This document shows, piece by piece, positions 55,850-64,000 of a stretch of DNA of 64,000 nucleotides. The notes under the pieces were generated by a model. That model ran no database searches. It saw only the letters and a list, made by a program, of their open reading frames with translations, and was not told where the DNA came from. The translations under genes were made by a program, and so were the position numbers. Each line of letters starts with the position of its first letter. Position 1 is the first letter of the stretch. This DNA comes from the human T2T-CHM13v2.0 reference genome, Homo sapiens. The stretch lies in NCBI RefSeq assembly GCF_009914755.1, contig NC_060928.1. One strand, written 5' to 3'.

Positions 55850-56357
55850 AATTGGTTAGGGGGTAAGCAATGTAGTACTGGGGGTGCTGAAAGTAATCTA
55901 GATTCCAATGATGGCTATCATGATGGAGAGATGAAGTGGAGATATTTGTGGGGAGAGTAAGCAAGATTTGGAGACCTTGATTGGATGTGTGAGGCAACGT
56001 AGACACTGAGTGTCCAGTGCTGTGGAGGAGCGATAAGATTAGTGAGAAGGAGGACAAAGAAGAAGAAACATAGAGAGGGGGAGAGGTAATGGGAGTGAGG
56101 GAATGAGTTCAAATTCAGCCTATTGGGTTTGAGGTGCCTCCGCTATATTCAAGTGAAGGTTTCACAACCAATATAATATACAGGCTTGGAATTTAGAAAA
56201 GGGGTCTTGGCCAGAGAAATAGATTTGTTATTGATGAGTATAGCAGGGAAGTGAATTATCAAACATGGGAGAAGTTGACCAGATATAGTGTGTATTTTGG
56301 GGAAAAAACATCTGAAAGAACATCACCATTGAAAGAATGCATAGAGGAAAAAGAGTA
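55850..56357 (-). mobile_element. L2 fragment
   Basis: ttgattggatgtgtgagg, aatgagttcaaattcag, tttgaggtgcct, ggccagagaaatagatttg. Confidence 0.75.
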
Positions 56358-56369
56358 TTAAAAAGGAAC

Positions 56370-56480
56370 CAAAATCTCACAGATCACCACTAAAGAACTT
56401 ATTCATGTAACTACATACCACCTGTTCCCCGAAAACCTATGAAAATAAAATTTTTTAAAAAATGTTTGCAAGTTAAAAAA
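56370..56480 (+). mobile_element. Extremely truncated L1PB1/2 3' tip (~110 bp) with TSD
   Basis: caaaatctcacagatcaccactaaagaacttattcatgtaac...ccacctgttcccc.aaaacctat; TSD aaaaaggaac at 56360-56369 and 56481-56490. Confidence 0.88.
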
Positions 56481-56984
56481 AAAAAGGAACTGAGGAAAAA
56501 TGACCTTAGAGGTAGGCTGCCCACTGACTGCAGGGGAACACTGTCTAAACTGAAAGCCCTTTAGATTGCCTCACACTATATTTCTGGATGTATTTTCTGG
56601 AAAATGTTTCCTGTCCACTCTTTGCTCCAGTAGAATAAATTCTTTGTTGTTGTTTCCTTCATATGCCATGCACTTTCATTCCTCTGGAGGCTTGCCTAGG
56701 ATGCTTTTCTTTCTGCTTTCTACTAGCAAAATCTGGATTAATTATGTTTCTTTTAATTATGTTTCATTAATTTATGTTTCTGTCAGTGAAAGAAAGGTCA
56801 TTGTGGTACATGGTATGAAAAATGAGTATTTTAATATTCAACTTTAAATATTTTAAATATTTGAAAACAAATTTTTCAGAATATCTGAAAATAACCAAGC
56901 TATAATATTTCCTTCATTTTCAATTCTTTGTTTTAATTGTGAATTCTTGGTAGCCTGTAAACTCTGTTAGGATCAAGACTTTTG

Positions 56985-57135
56985 CAGTATCCTCAATTGT
57001 AAAATACAGACAATTATATGTATCTCATGGGTTTGTTAGGACTAACAAAAAAGGACAGTATGTGTAAGGACTTAGTACAGTCTTAATATATATCAGGGGC
57101 TCCAAATATAGTAGTTAATAGTGATGATGATGATC
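56985..57135 (+). mobile_element. MIR fragment
   Basis: cagtatcctcaattgtaaaat...atctcatgggtttgtt...tatgtgtaaggacttagtacagt. Confidence 0.65.
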
Positions 57136-58906
57136 TTATCTTTGTAATCTCAGGACTTCAAAAGTTCTCAATAGATTTATGAATTTAAATAGAGAAAAGT
57201 ACAAATATAATAGATACATGGGATCAATTATTGTAATCCATTCATTATCAGAAAGATGAAAGAATATCTATATTATCTGGATACTTGAAGCATAAGCATT
57301 TTTAAAGGCTTTTGGATACTCAGTCAAATATTTATAATTTTTTTCCACTGACTTTTTAAAGTTGGTTCGGGTTTTTATTTTTCAGGTAATTACATCAATA
57401 AACTCCAGGCACAGGATTAAAATGATTGATATTGAAAAAAATAGGGGTGTAGATATAGCTGCACTCAAAAAGTCAGTATTTCTATCTTAAATTGTTCTCT
57501 GAGTGAAAAAGAAAGCAGATATTTCTATAATATTATTTCCCTCCCAACCTGGCAGCTTGTATTATTTGAATATCTTCCTACATTAAATACATATTTGACA
57601 AAAATGAAAAAATGAGAGAAAAGGAAAACTAGTTTAGGAGGCTCCATTGTAATTCAAGTGTGCTTGTTTTAATTCTATGTAATGGACTGTATTTGTGTAA
57701 TGTTTCTTAATTATGTATTTTTCTACATTGTTATTAGTGAGGTTTCTCACCATTACTCAGGCTATAAGAGTTAGCATACATAGTCATGGTGGATTGATTC
57801 TTCCTTAGGTTATTTATTATAAGATGGTGTGCTTGCAGAGCTGATTATTTAAATTGAAAAATCACATTTCCATAACATGCAAAGCAATTTTGCAACAACA
57901 ACAACAAAAATGTCCTTTTAAAAAATTCCTCCAATTTAGATTCCAAGTTTATCTTGAAAAAAGTCTGTTAGACCAAATTTTCATTGAATATAAGAGCTGG
58001 TGAACCTGCCTCTGTACTGGCGTGTTAAAATTAGAAAAAAAATTAAAGCCAATTTGTCTTGATAGCTTTGAAGAGAGAAATCTGATAAAAGCCTTTTAGC
58101 AAAGAAGAATGCTCTTTAATAAAGAGCATTTAGCTTGCATAGTTTTATAATTACTGGTAGAAATTAGGAGGAAAGAGAGTATACTGCTCAGAATTTGTTA
58201 TGGCTCTGTGATCCCCGGATTCTCCTGGAAGAGGTTACTTATGAAAACTCATATTTGCCCCAGCAAATCTACTATTATAACATCTGAACACAAGCCTCAG
58301 GCACTCTGTTGTTAACTAAACTGAAAGTGCCATTGTGATTCCAGCTGTAATCACACTGGAATATGGAGCAAAATTAACTGCAGCTGATCCAAGATGAGCC
58401 ATAAGAAAAAGCAAGTGATGGAAAATAAGAGGCCTGTGTAGTTATGCATGTGACGCATATTCTCACATACAATGGAGGAGCCTATCCCTAGTCCCATCTA
58501 TAGAAAATCAAATAAGGTTCTGAAATCTGGCTCTATCAGCCATGTTCCTGTGCAACACAAGCCAACCAGTTAGCCTTAGAAACTGCCTTGCTAGATAGTT
58601 TAATGCTTTACTTTTTTATTAACCCCAAAGACTATATATTATTCCAAAAAACAGGATAGGGAGAAGGTTTCTTACCTATTATGCTGATGGGCTTTTTATA
58701 CCTGTGAATAAGTTTTGCCTAACAAATACTTATCATATATTTAGCAAATGTATGACATCCTCCTATTCATTTATTTGGTATTTTAATGCCACACTCTTTC
58801 CCAACTTCACACACACATACACAAATGTAGAATAGCACGCACACAGAGTAACAATAACTTTTAAGCATAAAAATATATGTTTTTTACATATATTTTAAAT
58901 TGTAGC

Positions 58907-59310
58907 TGTCTTAGTCTATTCAGGCTGCTATAACAAAATGCCATAGACTGGGTATTTTATAAACACCAGAAATTTATTTCTCGCTTTCTGGACATAGGGA
59001 AGTCCAAGACCAAGGTGCCAGCAGACTCAATATCTGGTGAGGGTCCATTTTCTGGTTCATAGATGTCTCCCTCATGCTGCATTTCACAAGGTGGAGGAGG
59101 CAGAGAAGCTCTCTGAGGCCTCTTTTATAAGGGCATTAATTCCATTCATGAGAGCTCTAACCACTTATGACTTCATTACCTCCCAAAGAGACTTCACCAG
59201 AATCTCCCTACTGTTCATATTTTTAGCATGACCTTCAAAATCCATCCAGCCTCTACCTGTTGCCCAGTTCTCAAGCTACCTCCACACATTGAGGTATTTG
59301 TCACATCATA
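58907..59310 (-). mobile_element. MaLR (MLT1A/MSTD-type) partial LTR joined to an internal-region fragment
   Basis: tgtcttagtctattcaggctgctataacaaaatgccatagactggg...gcctcttttataagggcattaat; then ccagcctctacctgttgcccagttc (MaLR internal). Confidence 0.85.
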
Positions 59311-59804
59311 GTTGGAATTTGTTTCCTGTTTGTTTCACTTTAGTTTTCTCTTTCCTCTATTAGGAAAACTGAAACTTTATTTCATTCACCGTTTTATGGT
59401 CGGAATAGTGCTTGGTAGACAATTGGTTCAACAAATTTTTATTAAATGTATTATTGACAAATGATTTTGCCTTTCAGTTATGTTTGAGTAACCTTTCAGT
59501 AGAATCCATTGGTTCCATGTCTGCAGATGCTAATGGTATATCTTTGAGGATGAGTCACCTTTGAGAGAAAGTGAAAATATGTAACAGACACTAGAGAGTA
59601 GACTCCTTCAGATCTGTGTTAGCCATACCACCATGGAGAACCCCTACATATAGTTAGCCTTCTTTTTTAAGTATGCAATTGGATCAATAAAATTAAGTTT
59701 GCAGCTCAAGATAATTAGAACACTTGCCTGAAGTACTTAACTTAGTAATAGGAGAGAGTCTACTGGAATTCTGACATAGGGACAATGTTTATTCATCTTT
59801 TTAA

Positions 59805-60408
<604 letters not shown>

Positions 60409-60419
60409 TGCTGCACTTG

Positions 60420-60860
60420 TTTTAATGTGCTGCCTTTTAATCTTCGTTTTCACTGTTTGGTCACAAGGTGGCTGACACAGCTCCTGGAATCACGTGCACA
60501 TTTTAAGTGAGGAAGAAAGAGATGGTGTCAACAATTTTCTTCTTATATCTCTCCTTCAGGTAAATGAGGATGAAAAGGTTTTCTCCAGAAACGTCACCAA
60601 AAACAGATTTTCACTTATGTTTCACAGACCAGGATAGGTCATGTGGCTACATTTAATTGCAAAGAAGCCTGAAAAAAAGAAAGAGGAATATAAACAAAAT
60701 AGAATGTATAGTAACAGGTTTAAGCAAAGAATGATTCTACTTTTAAAGTTGTGGGAAAAAACTACCTCTCCCAAAGGAATAGTCTCTCTGTCCACTGTTT
60801 TTCAAAAAATTGGGGTTCTGTTGGGAAGGAAGCAGGGAAGAAATATTGAAGAGGCTTTAT
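60420..60860 (-). mobile_element. Old MaLR LTR fragment (MLT1K/L-type)
   Basis: tggtcacaaggtggctg...gctcct; cagattttcacttatgtttca..gaccagga; aaaattggggttctgtt.ggaagga. Confidence 0.6.
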
Positions 60861-61194
60861 TTTCTTCTTAGATTCCTGTCATTTCATAGATTAAGAAAAA
60901 CTGTAAAAATTATCAGAACTGAAATATAAACCCACATTATTTAAGAAAAAATAATGGACAAATGATTTAGAGTTAATATTGTCTGGAAGGACATTTTGGA
61001 GGACTGATGATTAGTGGAGAAATGATTAAAAGATAAGTTGATTACTTTTATTTATTTTAACATTAAATAAATATAGAATTATATATCGCATGGAGTAACT
61101 GTTTGCATTTGAGTTTTAATAAAAAATTGTCAAGATTTTTTGAATAAAGCCATATCCCTTGACTAATTATGGCATATAAGTGTTGTAATACCTT

Positions 61195-63672
61195 TGTGGT
61201 TTCCAAAATGTGCGTTCATAGACCCTTGAGGGCTCCCTATAACTCTTTTATGGAGTAGGTGAAAATAAAAATATTTTCATAATAATATTTAAATGATATT
61301 GTATATCCACAATACAATGTTTTTTTTTTCTATGTTGATATTTGCACTGATGATGCAATAGTAGTGGAGAATAAACTTATGGCACCTTAGCAAAAATCAA
61401 GGCAGTAACAGCAAACTGTACTAGTAGCACAGGGTGAAACACAGTAGTTCAGTAGTGCCCTTTCCTGCCACTCACTCAAAGAAAAACAAAATGTCTGTTT
61501 CACTTAAGAATGTCTTTGATTGTGTGGTAAAAATTATTAATTTTATTAAATCTCAACCCCTGAGTACACATTTTCTTTTAAATTTAGTCGTGATAAACTA
61601 CATGTAACATAAAGTTTAGCATCTTAACTATTTCTAGGTATATGATTTAGTGGCATTTAGTACATTAACATTGTTGTACTACAATCACCACAGTTCACCT
61701 CCAGAATTCTTTTCATTTGGCAAAATTAAAACTTTGCCCAGTAAACAACTACTCCTCCTTCTCTCCTCCCTGATCCCTTGGCAACCACCATTCTACTTTC
61801 TGTCTCTATGAATCTGACTACTCTAGGAACTTTGTAAGTGGAATCATATAGTGTTTGTCCCTTTGTGACTGGCTTACTTCATTGATCATAGTATCTTCAA
61901 GATCCATCCACGGAGCAGCATATGTCAGAATTTCCTTCCTTTTTGAGGCTGAATAACATTCCATTGTATGTACACACCACATTTCATTTATGCACTTACT
62001 CATCGATGACCACTTAACATTGCTTCTACCTCTTGGCTTTTGCAAATGACACTGCCATAAATGTGGGTATATAAATATCTCTTTGAGTCCCTGCTTTCAA
62101 TTCTTTTGGTTGTATACCCAAAAGTGGAATTGTTATGCTCCTATGAGAATTCTGTTTTTAAATTTTCTGAGGGACTGCCATATTGTTTTCTATGGCAGGT
62201 GTAGTACAATTACATTTACCTTCCCAGTGGTAATGTACAAGAGTTTTAACTTCTCCATATCCTTACCAATATTATTTTGTTGCTGTAGCTATCATAATGG
62301 GTATGAGGATGTATTTCATTGTGGGGTTCATTTGCATTTCCCTAGTAACAAATGATGTTAAGTATTTTTCCATGTGTTTATTGGCTATTTACATATCTGT
62401 TTTGGATAAATGTCTATTTAAATCTGCTTTTTGTTGTTGTTGGGTTTTAGGAGATCTTGATAGATACTGGATATTAACAACTTATTAGATATGTGATTTG
62501 CAAATATTTCCTCCCATTCTGTGCATTGTCTTTTCACTCTGTTGTTTGTATTCTTTAATACATAGATATTTTCAATTTTGATGTTGTCTAATTTATCTGT
62601 TTTTTCTTTTGTTGTGTATGCTTTATGTGTCATATCTGATAAATCATTACCAAATCCACTGTCATAAATCTTTTGCCCTATGTTTTCTTTTAATATTTTT
62701 AGAGTTTTAGCCCTTACATTTAGGGTTCATTCCCCTTTGGCTTATTTTTTGTATGTGGTGTAAGATATGGATCCAATCTCATTATTTTATATGTTGACTT
62801 GAGCACACGTTTTTCTTCTGAGAATAAATACCCTGTGAATAAAATAGGAAGTATCAATGATGCATTTTGACTGAGTAGGACTGCTGTCTTCACATTGGTG
62901 TGATTATCTAAGTTACAAGCTGAACTAACCACCTTTTTGTAGAATATGTTATGTTTTTTATTTGAAAGAATGACTAACAAGAATACTCATTATTCAGATG
63001 TAGATATTGGCAGTGATTAAATAAATAAATGATTTTACCACTTTAATGTAAATAATTCAGTCATTAATATCTTATCAAAGATAAATTTCAAACTCTCAAG
63101 GGATAATAAAATTTTTTGGAAAATTTAAGTGTTCGTCATTTATCATCTATAAGTGCAACAGCTTTCCAGCCTGACTTTTCTTATTAGATTAGTGGTGATA
63201 TTAACAAATGTAAATTTCCTGATATTGTATTTTAAATGTGTCAACACTTGGAAAATATTTTTACATCAATAAAGCAAAATTTCTTAATAATCAACAATTA
63301 AATGATGTTACATAATTATACATAAATTAAAATTCATTTTATGTGCAAGTTAGACAAATGATTTTTAATGTAACAAAATACAAAAATTCAGTAGCAGGAT
63401 TTTAGATTCCATATTGCAATTAATCTTTAGGAATTATTACTTGCGAGTTTTGGTGTAGTACCAGAGAAGTATATCTATAATTATCTGAAAAGACTATAAA
63501 AATATTCCTGTCATTTACAACTACACATCTATGTAAGGCTTGATTTCTATCATTTCCTTAAACCATAATAACATATTACAACAGATTGAATGCAGACAGA
63601 AGCAGATATGAGAATCTACCATCTTATATTAAGCAAGACATTAAAGTGATTTGAGAATAGAAAACAATGCCA
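61195..63672 (+). mobile_element. Charlie1-type hAT transposase fossil, split by L1MB (61575-62797)
   Basis: tgcactgatgatgca (CTDGA-like, 61343), cacttaagaatgtctttgat..gtaaaaattattaattttattaaatctcaaccc, gagttttggtgtagta (EFWCS), ctatgtaaggct (LCEAG-like), aacagattgaatgca. Frames broken. Confidence 0.88.
61575..62797 (-). mobile_element. L1MB 3' portion inserted in Charlie1
   Basis: ggcaaccaccattctactttctgtctctatgaat, aagtggaatcata, tttgcaaatatttcctcccattctgt; decayed TSD tgagtacacatttt (61561) / tgagcacacgtttt (62800). Confidence 0.93.
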
Positions 63673-63689
63673 ATGGGTTATTGTTACCA

Positions 63690-64000
63690 TGCCCTCTCAG
63701 TGGGCACACCTAGAAAAACATATATATTATATATATTCTTTATATGTGAGCATTATGTATACATAAAGAGTCAAATATCATATATCTATGATGTTTCTGT
63801 ATGTATCTACAATATATGTGTATTATAAAATCATGAATTTATACCAATAACTCATATTCCACTACAGCATTTGGTTGGGGGCTTTTTTAGTCTTCTCTCT
63901 ATGTTTATGAATAACTTCTCTGCTAATGAGAACCTTGAGTCTCTTTATCTATTTGCTCAGTGTAACCTGTCTCTCAACCATACTGACCATGTTCTCCCTG
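63690..64000 (-). mobile_element. Old L1MC/MD-type 3' UTR fragment running off the window edge
   Basis: aaaatcatgaatttatacc, ttctctgctaatgagaacc. Confidence 0.5.

Noticed and set aside
56738-56782. Short tandem copies (aattatgtttc x3; similar micro-duplications near 6400, 32980 and 33290)
   Set aside because: Ordinary slippage products.
61818-62980. ORFs resembling the L1 ORF2 C-terminus (also 48212-48514 and 3377-3592)
   Set aside because: Truncated old L1 remnants.

Overview
AT-rich, CpG-depleted primate genomic DNA. AluY and a HERV-W LTR17 indicate a catarrhine, most likely human. It reads as intergenic or deep-intronic: I found no credible protein-coding exon, RNA gene, CpG island or CRISPR array, and every recognisable ORF derives from Alu, L1, LTR, ERV-pol or low-complexity sequence. 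Much of the window is interspersed repeat: 7 Alus; L1PA/PB/MA/MB/ME pieces; L2 and MIR; hAT elements (MER58A/B/C, MER33, MER20, MER1B, MER94, MER45-like, Charlie1 transposase fossil); MaLR/ERVL LTRs; a full-length solo LTR17; and a decayed ~6.2 kb ERVL (LTR16/HERV16-type) provirus with readable RT. Family names come from recall of consensus sequences, not from a search. The most unusual signal is three short (69-154 bp), non-tandem, same-orientation local duplications 1.1-2.3 kb apart. Two of them are demonstrably pasted into older LTRs, and one copies already-dead ERV RT sequence. There is also a 41-bp-arm inverted duplication. Other leads are palindromes, Z/H-DNA tracts, candidate enhancers, a CTCF-like site and two minus-strand micro-exon-like splice signatures. 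I cannot support a claim of a new biological system beyond these leads.
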